Below are positions 1-9,657 of a stretch of 64,000 nucleotides of DNA, piece by piece (within the stretch, counting starts at the first letter, position 1; each line of letters opens with the position of its first letter). This stretch comes from an uncultured Candidatus Saccharibacteria bacterium. Lineage in GTDB: Bacteria > Patescibacteriota > Minisyncoccia > Phycocordibacterales > WO2-35-19. The position numbers and the translations under genes are program-made. The stretch covers positions 25,692 to 89,691 of the forward strand of contig CAZAXK010000002.1 in the NCBI GenBank assembly GCA_964489135.1, given 5' to 3'. Under the pieces are notes generated by a model, which saw only the letters and a program-made list of their open reading frames with translations, was not told where the DNA came from and searched no databases.

Positions 1-142
1 CACCCTCTTCTTTTTCCTTGATATAAGAGAGGATAAGACCCTTCTGTTGAAGAGCCTTAATCGCGCTTTCCACACCAAAAGCTTCTATCTCCCCCTCTTC
101 CTTGGCTCCCGACTGGTTTATGGCTTTGAAAACGAAAATCAT
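1..142 (-). CDS. pilC: type IV pilus assembly platform protein PilC/GspF-like, N-terminal fragment (3' end beyond window)
   Basis: Minus-strand ORF with ATG at 140-142 (MIFVFKAINQSGAKEEGEIEAFGVESAIKALQQKGLILSYIKEKEEG...) runs off the window start. The N-terminus resembles GspF/PilC. It sits directly after pilT, as in pilB-pilT-pilC operons. Confidence 0.45.
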   Translation of the reverse strand, partial: MIFVFKAINQSGAKEEGEIEAFGVESAIKALQQKGLILSYIKEKEEG

Positions 143-147
143 TTTGG

Positions 148-1197
148 TTAGAGCATTTTCTCGAGCACACGAGGATTATTGGAATAAAGGTAAGCATTTT
201 CCACAGAAATCTCTCCGGCTTGCACCCGACTAACCAAGCACCGGTTGAAGTCGATCATGCCTTCCTGAGATCCTGTCTCGATTACGGTCGCAAGCTCATG
301 GGTTCGTTTGTCTCGTATAAGGTTCGCTACTGCCGGCGTGTTCAACATAAGTTCAAAACAAGGTATAAGCCCACCAGACACGCGAGGCAAGAGACGTTGA
401 GAAAATATACCGGAAAGCGAAGATGCCAGCTGAAGTCGGATCTGGTTTTGTTGATTGGGCGGGAAAGAATCGAGTATACGATCCACTGTCTGAGCCGCGT
501 TGTTGGTGTGAAGTGTAGAAAATACCAAATGTCCGGTCTCGGCCGCACTTACGGCAGTAGACATCGTTTCCGGATCCCGCATCTCACCCACCATTATGAC
601 ATTGACATCAGCCCGGAAGGAATCATGAAGTCCAGCCGCAAAGCTCGGGGTATCAATGCCCACCTCTCTCTGATGGATAATCGATTTATTTTGAATAAAG
701 AGGTACTCGATCGGGTCTTCGATCGTAATAATATTTTCTAGCCGGTCATTGTTGATTGAATTGACGAGTGATGCGAGCGTAGTCGATTTGCCGTGGCCAG
801 TAGGCCCAACCACCAGAAAGAATCCGGCTTTAAGTCTGGCAAAATTCTCGAGAGACTCTGGCAGGTTCAGTTCGGCAATGGTAGGGATTTTGCTTTGAAT
901 ATGCCTGAAGGCCATACAGATTTTTTGGCTATCAAGAAAGGCGTGCGCCCTAAACCGCTCCCCTTTATGAGTATAGGCAAAGTCGGCACTTTGATTCTTT
1001 TCGAAATATTCTCGTCGATCTGCGCGCAGGACGCTATTCAAAATTTTCTCCGTGTCCGTCTTAGACAATGGGCCATACTTTGATAGAGGGACCAAAGAAC
1101 CAGAGATCCTGACGTACGGCACGCGATCCTCCGAAAGATGCAGATCAGAAGCGCCTTCCTTTACCACAAGGTCAATCAGATTGTCGATTTCAACCAT
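148..1197 (-). CDS. pilT: twitching-motility (pilus retraction) ATPase PilT
   Basis: 349 aa. Walker A GPTGHGKST. Typical PilT/GspE ATPase core motifs. ATG start at 1195-1197. Confidence 0.9.
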   Translation of the reverse strand: MVEIDNLIDLVVKEGASDLHLSEDRVPYVRISGSLVPLSKYGPLSKTDTEKILNSVLRADRREYFEKNQSADFAYTHKGERFRAHAFLDSQKICMAFRHIQSKIPTIAELNLPESLENFARLKAGFFLVVGPTGHGKSTTLASLVNSINNDRLENIITIEDPIEYLFIQNKSIIHQREVGIDTPSFAAGLHDSFRADVNVIMVGEMRDPETMSTAVSAAETGHLVFSTLHTNNAAQTVDRILDSFPPNQQNQIRLQLASSLSGIFSQRLLPRVSGGLIPCFELMLNTPAVANLIRDKRTHELATVIETGSQEGMIDFNRCLVSRVQAGEISVENAYLYSNNPRVLEKML

Positions 1198-1199
1198 AA

Positions 1200-1598
1200 T
1201 TATTTTGGGCTAAATTTCTTCATAATTTTGAGAGCTTGTTCGACAACTTCACTCGGCGTAGCGGAAGCCTTGATAAGATACCCAGCCACCCCCAGAGCAT
1301 CCGCTCGTTTGGTATCCCCTTCCTCACTTTGGTTGGTGAGCATGACGATCGGAATATCTTCAGCTAGATTATTCTTCCTTATATGTTCGAGAGTTTCGAG
1401 GCCATCAAGCTCAGGCAGGACTATATCGAGCAAAATCAAGTCTGCGGTTTCGCCCGCGTTCAACTTTTCTATAAGTTCTTTGCCCGATTTGCAAACCACC
1501 ACCGACACGTCGCTCGTGGCAAACTTGTGCGAATACATATCTACCAAGAAATCGTCGTCATCAACTATTATTATTTTGTTCTTTTTGTCCTCACTCAT
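1200..1598 (-). CDS. single-domain response regulator (CheY-like receiver)
   Basis: 132 aa. KIIIVDDDDF...LLDIVLPELDGLETL receiver-domain signature. Lies between pilB and pilT. Confidence 0.8.
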   Translation of the reverse strand: MSEDKKNKIIIVDDDDFLVDMYSHKFATSDVSVVVCKSGKELIEKLNAGETADLILLDIVLPELDGLETLEHIRKNNLAEDIPIVMLTNQSEEGDTKRADALGVAGYLIKASATPSEVVEQALKIMKKFSPK

Positions 1599-1633
1599 AA
1601 GATCAATATAGCATTTCGAGAGTTACGAAACCA

Positions 1634-3421
1634 TTACAAAGTGTTGACTTCCTCGAATGGTATCTTGCGTTCGAAGGCCTTTATAATCGCGTCTTCCTTC
1701 ATCGTCATCATGCCTTTACTACGCGCATACTTCCATATCTCTTGCTCAGTGGGATTTTTGAGAATTATCTGCTCCATATCGCGATCCACCTCAAGAACTT
1801 CCATGACCGCCACACGGCCCCTTACCCCGTTTGGACAGTCCGGACCGGGCGAAATTTCATAGACCTCTTTGCCAAACTTGACTTCTTTTTTATAAATATC
1901 GGGCAAATCTTCAAATTCTTTCTTTATCATGATTTCGATTCCGCCCTCCACCTTGATCGGCTTGCCAGCGCCAGGGCAAAGCGAACGTACCAGTCGCTGA
2001 GCGATAGTCATAGCCAAAGTCGGCGCAATGAGGTATGGGTCGACACCCATGTCCACCAATCGAGGAACAACCCCAATAGCGTTGTTGGTGTGGATGGTCG
2101 AGAGCACCAAGTGGCCGGTAAGCGCCGCTTGGATAGCAAGCTGAGCAGTCTCCTTGTCTCGAATCTCACCCACCATGATAATATCGGGGTCTTGACGCAA
2201 GGTTGTGCGCAACCCATCAGCAAAGGTGTAGCCGATCTCCGGCCGGACTTGCGATTGGCTTAGCCCGTCGATATTGTATTCGATCGGATCTTCGAGAGAC
2301 AGCACGTTCTTGTGATCTTTGTCCACCTCGTTGACCATCGAATAAAGAGTGGTGGACTTTCCGCTTCCAGTCGGTCCGGATATCAGGATAAGACCATAAG
2401 GCCTATCAAGCACGGCCCTGATTCTTTTTAGGTTCTTCTCGGTAAGCCCGAGGTCCTCAAGTTTCAAAACTCCTTTGGCTTGGTCGAGGATACGGATCAC
2501 CACTTTCTCTCCGAAATAAGTTGGGAAGGTAGAAACACGAAAATCAACCTTCCTTTCATTTAGTTTGGCACTAAATCTTCCGTCCTGAGGTTTGCGCTTT
2601 TCATCGAGACGCATGTTCGACATGATTTTTATACGAGCAGCCACAGCCGAATGAACTCTTGCCGGCAAGACCAAGCTTGTGTTCATCACACCATCAATAC
2701 GGAATCGTACTCGAACATTGGTGGCTGTCGGCTCGATATGGATGTCGGAAGCCCGACCATCGATAGCATAGCGCAACATCGTAGCCACGATCTTGGTCAC
2801 CGGCGCACTCTCAACCATCTTGGCCCCATCGGCTCGATCAGCATCAGAAAGGTCGGTCTGGACACCAGTTTCTGTTTCTTGTTCGGCTTCTTTTTCTCCT
2901 TCTTTACCTGCTTTGGCGTTTGTGGTTTGTTCCTTTTCACTAGACTCGGTCACAAATTCAGTTTCGAGCTCCGTTAAGGCCTTGGTCACCTCGCCCGAGA
3001 GACCCTTGTAGAGCGCTATAACTTTCTGAAAATCTTCTTCGGAAATGAGAAAGAGCTTGAAAGGCAAATTTATTTTGGACGAAATAAAGTTCAGTGCATC
3101 CCGAGCAGATATGTTGTCCGGATCTGTTATGCCCACTTCCAACACACCCTGAGATAGGCCAAGCGGAACAAATTTATAATAAACGGCGGCTTCCTCTGGT
3201 ATATAATCCAGAATCTTCCCAGTTATCTTGGAAACATCAATTGGCATTATAGGTACGCCATAATATTCCGCCTTGGCACGTAAAAGGTCTTGTGCATCGA
3301 CGCCCATCGAAATAAGAATGTCTTCCATAGGCGCGCTGCTGCCAGCAACTTTTTGCTTAATTGCGGACAAATCTTTCTGCTCGATTATGCCCTGTTTTAC
3401 CAAAACATCTAGTACACTCAT
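1634..3421 (-). CDS. pilB: type IV pilus assembly ATPase PilB/GspE
   Basis: 595 aa. N-terminal GspII_E_N-like region. Walker A GPTGSGKSTTL. Conserved secretion-ATPase Asp/His boxes. Confidence 0.9.
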   Translation of the reverse strand: MSVLDVLVKQGIIEQKDLSAIKQKVAGSSAPMEDILISMGVDAQDLLRAKAEYYGVPIMPIDVSKITGKILDYIPEEAAVYYKFVPLGLSQGVLEVGITDPDNISARDALNFISSKINLPFKLFLISEEDFQKVIALYKGLSGEVTKALTELETEFVTESSEKEQTTNAKAGKEGEKEAEQETETGVQTDLSDADRADGAKMVESAPVTKIVATMLRYAIDGRASDIHIEPTATNVRVRFRIDGVMNTSLVLPARVHSAVAARIKIMSNMRLDEKRKPQDGRFSAKLNERKVDFRVSTFPTYFGEKVVIRILDQAKGVLKLEDLGLTEKNLKRIRAVLDRPYGLILISGPTGSGKSTTLYSMVNEVDKDHKNVLSLEDPIEYNIDGLSQSQVRPEIGYTFADGLRTTLRQDPDIIMVGEIRDKETAQLAIQAALTGHLVLSTIHTNNAIGVVPRLVDMGVDPYLIAPTLAMTIAQRLVRSLCPGAGKPIKVEGGIEIMIKKEFEDLPDIYKKEVKFGKEVYEISPGPDCPNGVRGRVAVMEVLEVDRDMEQIILKNPTEQEIWKYARSKGMMTMKEDAIIKAFERKIPFEEVNTL

Positions 3422-3437
3422 TTTTTATTTTGTTACT

Positions 3438-3722
3438 TTATCTGCCGACCACAGCCGCAAAAGGATTGATGCGACCTAGAGGAACAACGGGAAGCTTAGT
3501 TTCAATACTAGTGAAAGTCCCAAATTTGGGATCTTGAAATACCGCTAAATCCAAATTGATTTGCTCTATCTTGGTCCAGTTCTCCTCTATCTTTGGGCTA
3601 AGAACCAAATTTTCCGGTTTCTCGATTGGTTTGACAAAGTTGACTTTGTATAAAATGGACAAACCACCAACTAAAACAGCGATGAGAACATTAAGGTTTT
3701 TGCGTTTTTTGACTGGGGGCAT
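3438..3722 (-). CDS. hypothetical membrane-anchored protein in PilP-like position
   Basis: 94 aa. N-terminal KK-rich segment followed by a TM helix. Located between pilO-like and pilB. No recognisable catalytic motif. Confidence 0.3.
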   Translation of the reverse strand: MPPVKKRKNLNVLIAVLVGGLSILYKVNFVKPIEKPENLVLSPKIEENWTKIEQINLDLAVFQDPKFGTFTSIETKLPVVPLGRINPFAAVVGR

Positions 3723-3731
3723 GTGCGTGAA

Positions 3732-4274
3732 TTAGTTGGACCAATAAGTATCAAGCGAGACGTCGTATTTATAAATACCCTTATCACCGGAGGAAACTTT
3801 GACGGTCTTTATGTCCATAATCCGAAGACTTCTTTCTAAGTCGTTCATGAAATCGTTGAATTTATCGTAAGTGGCAGAAAACTCGAAAGATATGGTGGCC
3901 GATTTGTAGCTACTTTGCATTTGCTCCGCCTCTTCTACCGAACCAGCCGCGGCAGAATTGTCGGTCGAAGAAATCTGTTTGAGAGAGATTCCATGTCGAG
4001 ATGCGACAGCGTCAATATCAGCAACCAGTTTTACAAAATTCAACGAACTTGGAATCAGAGTCTCGATCTTGGTTGTGTCGGCCCCGCTCACACGATTGAA
4101 GTCGGCAAGCAGAGTGTTTTTTCTTGTTTCTATTTCGGTGGCTCGGGAAACCATTTCGGCGTAAGCCGACTTTTCATCCATGAGTACGGACAAGTCTTTG
4201 ACAGCAGGCATAGCAAAGGCGTAAGCCACGGAGACAGCTATGATTATGTATGAAAATGCAGAAGTTGAACTCAT
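3732..4274 (-). CDS. PilO-like pilus assembly protein
   Basis: 180 aa. N-terminal TM helix then coiled-coil region. Position after the PilN-like gene. Confidence 0.5.
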   Translation of the reverse strand: MSSTSAFSYIIIAVSVAYAFAMPAVKDLSVLMDEKSAYAEMVSRATEIETRKNTLLADFNRVSGADTTKIETLIPSSLNFVKLVADIDAVASRHGISLKQISSTDNSAAAGSVEEAEQMQSSYKSATISFEFSATYDKFNDFMNDLERSLRIMDIKTVKVSSGDKGIYKYDVSLDTYWSN

Positions 4275-4283
4275 TTTGGTGTT

Positions 4284-4970
4284 TTATAGATCTTCAAAAT
4301 TAGGCATACTGGTATCAATCTCTTCTAGGCCGGTCACTGATACATCCTCGCTACTCTTGACTGCTCCCCCAGTCGTGCTACCAGTGGAGACATTTGGTGA
4401 ATAGACTGCAACGGATGGTTCGACGAGCAAAGTCACTTTGAAAGAAATGCGACCACCTTCGGTAGACGAAAGTTCCGAAAAATCAGCCGATTTTACTTCC
4501 TTCAGCTTGGACATCGCCTCGCCCTGCAACGCCAAGGTAGCGTAATTTGGAGCAATACCCGAAAGACTGATACTAAGCTCCCCCGTCGGTAGGAAGCGAT
4601 AGCTTAGCTCGTTGAAACTAACTGTCTGAACAGTGTTGTCTGCAAGCAGGGACAGAAAATTGGTTACGACTTTGTGTTTGACCACAACCTCTCGGCTGGC
4701 CGAAAGCTTTTTGCTGAAAGCAAACATCTTGTCGATCGTCGACACATCGACACTCTCTTCAGCCAAAGCAAGTTCAGATTTGAGATCGGTGATCGAGCTT
4801 TTGACCACTTGCTTATAACCAATAACCCCTACGGTCAATAATAAGACGCCCAGGAAAAGCAAGAGAGCAAGCACTCCAAACAACCCAGTTGAACCTCTGC
4901 GCGTCGTTTCTGTCGGCACATACCCGCCAACCCCTTTGGGAATAAACGATGATTGAAAGCTGTTTGCCAT
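4284..4970 (-). CDS. PilN-like pilus assembly protein
   Basis: 228 aa. Short cytoplasmic N-terminus, single TM (GLFGVLALLLFLGVLLLTVGVIGY), periplasmic coiled coil. Position after pilM. Confidence 0.5.
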   Translation of the reverse strand: MANSFQSSFIPKGVGGYVPTETTRRGSTGLFGVLALLLFLGVLLLTVGVIGYKQVVKSSITDLKSELALAEESVDVSTIDKMFAFSKKLSASREVVVKHKVVTNFLSLLADNTVQTVSFNELSYRFLPTGELSISLSGIAPNYATLALQGEAMSKLKEVKSADFSELSSTEGGRISFKVTLLVEPSVAVYSPNVSTGSTTGGAVKSSEDVSVTGLEEIDTSMPNFEDL

Positions 4971-5047
4971 TTACAACAATTATACCTTATGCACACAAAA
5001 ACAAGTAAAATTACTTGTTGATTACTTTTCGATTTAGTACGTACCTC

Positions 5048-6145
5048 TTACCCTTCCTGCAAGGCGCGGAGAGCGCATCCAGCCGCCACAGCAAACTCCG
5101 GACCAGTTTGCCTCAAAATATTCTCCAAGAAGGCCGGAACTTCTATTTTTTCAAACGGATTGCCAGAAATCACCTCGACTTTGAAATTCTCTTGGGCCAA
5201 CTCTCTAAAACCTTTGAGAGCGGATCCGCCCCCAACCAAAAATACTGACTTGATATTGCGATTGTGCTTTTTCTGATAAGCAAAGAGAAAGCGGTTGGCT
5301 TCGGAGAAAATGAAGTCAGCGACGAGTCCAACTGCTTCCGACAAGTCGGCTCCGCTACTAACCTTCCCCATACCCACCGATCTCTTCATTACCTCCGCTT
5401 CTTCCATGGAGATATTTAGGATTCTTGCAATGTTTGCGGTTATCTCTTGCGAACCGCGGTTTATCGTATGCGAATACTCTACGACTCCTCGATCGATTAG
5501 ATAAAGCTTGGTGGTGGATGCCCCCATATCAAAAACCATTACCGGACCGGGCACCCCCTCAAGGATTGCCCGAATCGAGCTAAACACCTCTATCTCAAAG
5601 AATTTGGTATCGAGAGAAGTTTTGTTTACAATTTCTTTGTATTGATTGATTATGTTGTTGTGTATAGCGACTAGCAAGATCTCTACCGTTTTCTTCTGCG
5701 TATCGAATTTCTGTTCGTCTTCGTTTTCAACAGGCGGGATGATAGACCAATCGATTGCGACTTCACTCACCGGCACAGGAATATACTTCCGTGCCTCAAT
5801 CGGCACAATAGCTTCGAGCTCTTTGCGCCCAACATCGGGTAGCTCAATTACCGAAAGTAGACTCGCCCGAAAAGGTATGGCGATCCCACAAGTGCGGGTA
5901 GTGATAGCTACCTCCTTTTCAGCCAAGAGATCGCTCACCGCTTCGATGATCTTTTCGGTCGGCAAATTGACCGACTGACCAATCGTTGCCCCGCCGTATG
6001 GCCCGAGCGACAGCTCACCATAGGTCTCGAGAACCGCCGTTTCCCCCCTACGCTTCAACTGCACCACCTTTATCGAAGAAGAGCCGATGTCGATACCGAG
6101 TGCACTCGTTTCTTGCTTTTTGAAGATGCCTGAAAGAAAGCTCAT
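5048..6145 (-). CDS. pilM: type IV pilus assembly protein PilM (actin-like ATPase)
   Basis: ALGIDIGSSSIKVVQL actin-fold N-terminus. Start trimmed to internal ATG 6143-6145 (MSFLSGIFKK...), which removes the overlap with divergent comF. Confidence 0.8.
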   Translation of the reverse strand: MSFLSGIFKKQETSALGIDIGSSSIKVVQLKRRGETAVLETYGELSLGPYGGATIGQSVNLPTEKIIEAVSDLLAEKEVAITTRTCGIAIPFRASLLSVIELPDVGRKELEAIVPIEARKYIPVPVSEVAIDWSIIPPVENEDEQKFDTQKKTVEILLVAIHNNIINQYKEIVNKTSLDTKFFEIEVFSSIRAILEGVPGPVMVFDMGASTTKLYLIDRGVVEYSHTINRGSQEITANIARILNISMEEAEVMKRSVGMGKVSSGADLSEAVGLVADFIFSEANRFLFAYQKKHNRNIKSVFLVGGGSALKGFRELAQENFKVEVISGNPFEKIEVPAFLENILRQTGPEFAVAAGCALRALQEG

Positions 6146-6163
6146 ATATAGTATGATTATAAC

Positions 6164-6805
6164 ATGCGGAGTTTTATAGAAAAACTGCTCCAAGTGCTCA
6201 TTCCCGAGGAAAATCATCTCCGTAAGCTCCTTGCTCTTGAACCAGTTGCGCTGAGAACGATCCTGCCCGAGTCAAATATTTACGGGCAAGACCTCTCCGC
6301 CCTCTTCGACTATCAAAACAAGCTCGTAAGAATGTTGGTCAAAGCGGTTAAGTTTCGCAATAATCCAAGAGCTCGAAAAGTCGTGGCGGAACTTTTATGT
6401 GAAGACCTTTTGGAAATAACAAGCGATGCAAATCTGTTTAGCGGCGCGATTCCCATACTGGTCCCGATGCCAATGAGCAAAAAAGAGCGAGGCGAACGAG
6501 GCTACAACCAATGCGAAGAGTTGGTAAAAGAAATGACCAAAATATTTGGCTCGCAAGTGCGGACAGAGCTCGACCTATTGCAGAAAGTTCGCGATACAGA
6601 GCGCCAAGTACATCTTTCGCGCGAGGCCCGCACCAAGAACCTTGACCGATCAATGGAAGTTGTCGATCCGCACCAAATCCTAAAAGACAAAAGTGTGGTA
6701 GTACTCGACGACCTCTACACCACCGGCTCGACCTTTGCTGAAGCTCGCCGTGCCCTACTTCTAGGCGGAGCAAAGTCAGTCTACGGACTCTTTATCGCCC
6801 ACTGA
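6164..6805 (+). CDS. comF: ComF family protein (phosphoribosyltransferase-like, competence-associated)
   Basis: 213 aa. C-terminal PRTase motif VVVLDDLYTTGSTFAEA. Divergent from the pilus operon. Confidence 0.65.
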   Translation: MRSFIEKLLQVLIPEENHLRKLLALEPVALRTILPESNIYGQDLSALFDYQNKLVRMLVKAVKFRNNPRARKVVAELLCEDLLEITSDANLFSGAIPILVPMPMSKKERGERGYNQCEELVKEMTKIFGSQVRTELDLLQKVRDTERQVHLSREARTKNLDRSMEVVDPHQILKDKSVVVLDDLYTTGSTFAEARRALLLGGAKSVYGLFIAH

Positions 6806-7531
6806 TTAGCCGAGGTTGCCGAGAAAAACTTTTTCTAAAATTCCTTTATTTATGATATCTTCCGGCCCACCCTCGACTACCACCCTGCCCTTATCGAGCA
6901 CATAGGCACGACTCGCAATTTCGAGCAGAGATTTGATATTGTGCTCTACCACCACAACTGCGATCTTTCTCCTTTCATTGATCTCTTTTATTTTCTGAAA
7001 AACTTCTTTGACAATCTTTGGCGCAAGCCCAAGAGAGGGTTCATCGAGAAGCAAAACCTTGGGGTCGATCATAAGTCCACGAGCGAGAGCCAGCATTTGT
7101 TGCTGGCCACCCGATAAGGAACCAGATTTATCCTTCAACTTTGATCGAAGCATTGGAAATATATCCAAGACCTCCTCTACCCTTTTCGCAATAATCTTAT
7201 TGTCTTTGACTGCATAGCCACCGACTTCCAAATTCTCCTTGACCGTCAGGTGATGAAAAACCCTTCTACCTTGCGGCACGAAAGAAATACCCCTCTCCAC
7301 CATTTCGTAAGACACTGGCCTTACCTCTTGCTCGTGCCAAAAGACCTTGCCTTTCTCTATCGGGGCAAGCCCAAAGATGGATTTCAGTATTGTAGACTTG
7401 CCAGCGCCATTCGGCCCCATGAGCGCTACTATCTCCGCTTCGTCGACTTGCACACTTGCTCCATCAAGTGCCTTCACTCCGCCATAGTGGACGTGTATAT
7501 CTTGGACTTTGAGTAAAATTTCTTTATTCAT
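6806..7531 (-). CDS. livF: branched-chain amino acid ABC transporter ATP-binding protein LivF-type
   Basis: 241 aa. Walker A GPNGAGKST, ABC signature LSGGQQQ, Walker B LLLDEP. Confidence 0.85.
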   Translation of the reverse strand: MNKEILLKVQDIHVHYGGVKALDGASVQVDEAEIVALMGPNGAGKSTILKSIFGLAPIEKGKVFWHEQEVRPVSYEMVERGISFVPQGRRVFHHLTVKENLEVGGYAVKDNKIIAKRVEEVLDIFPMLRSKLKDKSGSLSGGQQQMLALARGLMIDPKVLLLDEPSLGLAPKIVKEVFQKIKEINERRKIAVVVVEHNIKSLLEIASRAYVLDKGRVVVEGGPEDIINKGILEKVFLGNLG

Positions 7532-8365
7532 TTAAATTATCTCGTCCTTATTGAGAATTTCTCTAATCGCTTTATTATGATCAAGTTTGCTACCACCCGC
7601 TTTCACAAACTCGAACATATCTTTAAGAAATCCGGTCATATCAGCATTGGTGATTTCGATTGCAACCTCGTCATGCCAGTTAATAATAAGGGTTGTGGTC
7701 TTAAAAATCCAAATCTCTGCATCATGATTAAAAAATTTATCCGGAAATATTGTGTAATCTGCCATGCGACCTTCCAAACTCTGAACAGCATCGGCGTGTT
7801 TTTTGGGGTTGGCTTTTATTTCTTCTCTGTAATCAGTATAGGCACTTTTATTGAGCATGCCGTCAACAATGATGTTGTTTTTCTTTATAGCCTCATTGAA
7901 CTCAACCAATTGTTTTGGGGAAATCTTCTCAATGAGTTCATTCCAAGATCGATGATGCTGGATAGCTCGTATCCTTTCGTTTTTATTTTCTGCCGCAATT
8001 CTTTCATAAGCGGGTATGATCTCTTTGGTACCTACATGGATAATAAATTCATCTCCCTTTGAGATTTTTATTTTTGCTCCCTTTTTATCTTTATTCGCGA
8101 TCTCAATCTCTTCGAGAGTACTTTTGATTTTTTGCGACAAGCCCTCTAGAGAAATCGCGTGATAGGTTCTCCTTTTGCCAACTATAGTACATTTTACCAA
8201 ACCATTATTTACCAGATTTTTTAGAACGTGGTTGATGCCGGTACGAGAAATACCACTCTCCCGCGCTATGTTCTGCACACTCTTGGGACTATGGAGAATG
8301 TTTAACACAGCGGTCTCCGTACTAGTAAGATTAAATATTTTGAATGGTTTACCATGCCAATCCAT
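7532..8365 (-). CDS. winged-helix transcriptional regulator with uncharacterised C-terminal domain
   Basis: 277 aa. N-terminal HTH (VQNIARESGISRTGINHVLKNLVNNGLV). Abuts livF (7531/7532), so likely co-transcribed. Confidence 0.5.
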   Translation of the reverse strand: MDWHGKPFKIFNLTSTETAVLNILHSPKSVQNIARESGISRTGINHVLKNLVNNGLVKCTIVGKRRTYHAISLEGLSQKIKSTLEEIEIANKDKKGAKIKISKGDEFIIHVGTKEIIPAYERIAAENKNERIRAIQHHRSWNELIEKISPKQLVEFNEAIKKNNIIVDGMLNKSAYTDYREEIKANPKKHADAVQSLEGRMADYTIFPDKFFNHDAEIWIFKTTTLIINWHDEVAIEITNADMTGFLKDMFEFVKAGGSKLDHNKAIREILNKDEII

Positions 8366-8532
8366 ATGCTAATACTATAATATAACTAAAAAATAGTCAA
8401 ATTCATATGCTGATATCACCTTATTTTCTAAGTATATTTTCAGCATTGGCCTAATTATTTCATTTGACATTATAAAATTTAGATTGTTCGGTATAATTAC
8501 TTTTAATTTAATAGTTATTGCTCAAATAAATA

Positions 8533-9651
8533 ATGCATAAACTCAAAACTCCCGTTTTAATTAGCGTGATATTAATAACAATAATCGGCGCTGTTTATCT
8601 TGGGGAAGATAAGAATGAAAACACAGAAGGCCTGAGGATCGGTACAATCATGTCTCTTACCGGAGATTTTGGTGCAGTTGGCGAAAATACCCTAAAAGGT
8701 ATACGAGTGGCACAAGAGGTTTATAAAGAAAAAACAGGAAACCATGTAGACATCGTCGTTGAAGATGATGGTGGCGATGGAGCAAAGGGTTTGAGTGCAT
8801 ATCGCAAACTTATTACTCAAGATCATGTCCAAGGTCTCATCAACTTTTTCACTACCACAATGGATTCTATTTATGAACCATCAAAGAAAGCTGGCTTTCC
8901 CATAATGATGGTCGCATTTCAAGCGAACAATGTCGGAGACGATCATGTATTTCAGATGACCGGCGGAAATGCCAATGTCTGGGATAGATTTTCGGCCTAC
9001 ATAAAAAGTGCTGGGTTCAATGAATCGAAAGTGGTTGTTGTCCACTCTACCGATGCGGCACAAGAGTCTTTTGCCAAAATGTTTGTTGCCGAATATGGTA
9101 AACCGGTAAGCACAATCGTTGCTTCGTCCGACAAAAATACCTTACGAACTGACGCGACAAAAATTGCTGCCCTTAAACCAAACCTGATTGTCATTATTAT
9201 GACTCCGGAAAATGGAGCAATCCTTACCAAGGAACTTTTACCCCTCATCAATCCATCAACGCAACTTGTTTATGACATCCAACTTACCACAGGAACAACC
9301 TTCTACGAGGATCAGCTAGGAGGTAGTCTTTCGAAAATCAAAGGGGCAATTGCCTTAGGAATGGAAGGCGATCCTACCTCTTCTGCATATAAGGAGTTCT
9401 ATGACGCATTCAAGAAAGTGTATCCGAATGAAGAGCCAGGATTCCTGGCCGACTATGGATATGACACATTCTTGACCTACGTAAATACATACAATAGCGA
9501 TAATTCTAAGTGGATAGAGAATCTCGAAAAGATTGACGCTAAAGGCGCAAGTGGCGATATCGTATTCGATAAGAATGGTATTCGTTTCCCCCCGCTTGTC
9601 ATCAAGGAAGTGGTCGATGGTAAGTTGCAGACAATTTCGAGACTTCCCTAA
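8533..9651 (+). CDS. ABC transporter substrate-binding protein, Leu/Ile/Val-binding (LivK/PBP1) family
   Basis: 372 aa. N-terminal signal/TM segment. Periplasmic-binding-protein type I family features. Confidence 0.75.
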   Translation: MHKLKTPVLISVILITIIGAVYLGEDKNENTEGLRIGTIMSLTGDFGAVGENTLKGIRVAQEVYKEKTGNHVDIVVEDDGGDGAKGLSAYRKLITQDHVQGLINFFTTTMDSIYEPSKKAGFPIMMVAFQANNVGDDHVFQMTGGNANVWDRFSAYIKSAGFNESKVVVVHSTDAAQESFAKMFVAEYGKPVSTIVASSDKNTLRTDATKIAALKPNLIVIIMTPENGAILTKELLPLINPSTQLVYDIQLTTGTTFYEDQLGGSLSKIKGAIALGMEGDPTSSAYKEFYDAFKKVYPNEEPGFLADYGYDTFLTYVNTYNSDNSKWIENLEKIDAKGASGDIVFDKNGIRFPPLVIKEVVDGKLQTISRLP

Positions 9652-9657
9652 GATAAT

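Noticed and set aside
220-1083. Plus-strand ORFs (220-741, 793-1083) inside the pilT region
   Set aside because: They are antisense to a well-supported pilT CDS and show no motifs, so they are spurious open frames.
6164-6217. Apparent 54-nt divergent overlap of the comF and pilM starts
   Set aside because: It disappears when pilM starts at internal ATG 6143-6145, just before the conserved GIDIGS N-terminus.
8464-8497. TTGACA ... TATAAT upstream of the binding-protein gene at 8533
   Set aside because: Spacer is 22 nt, too long for a functional sigma-70 promoter. No better-spaced pair was found.
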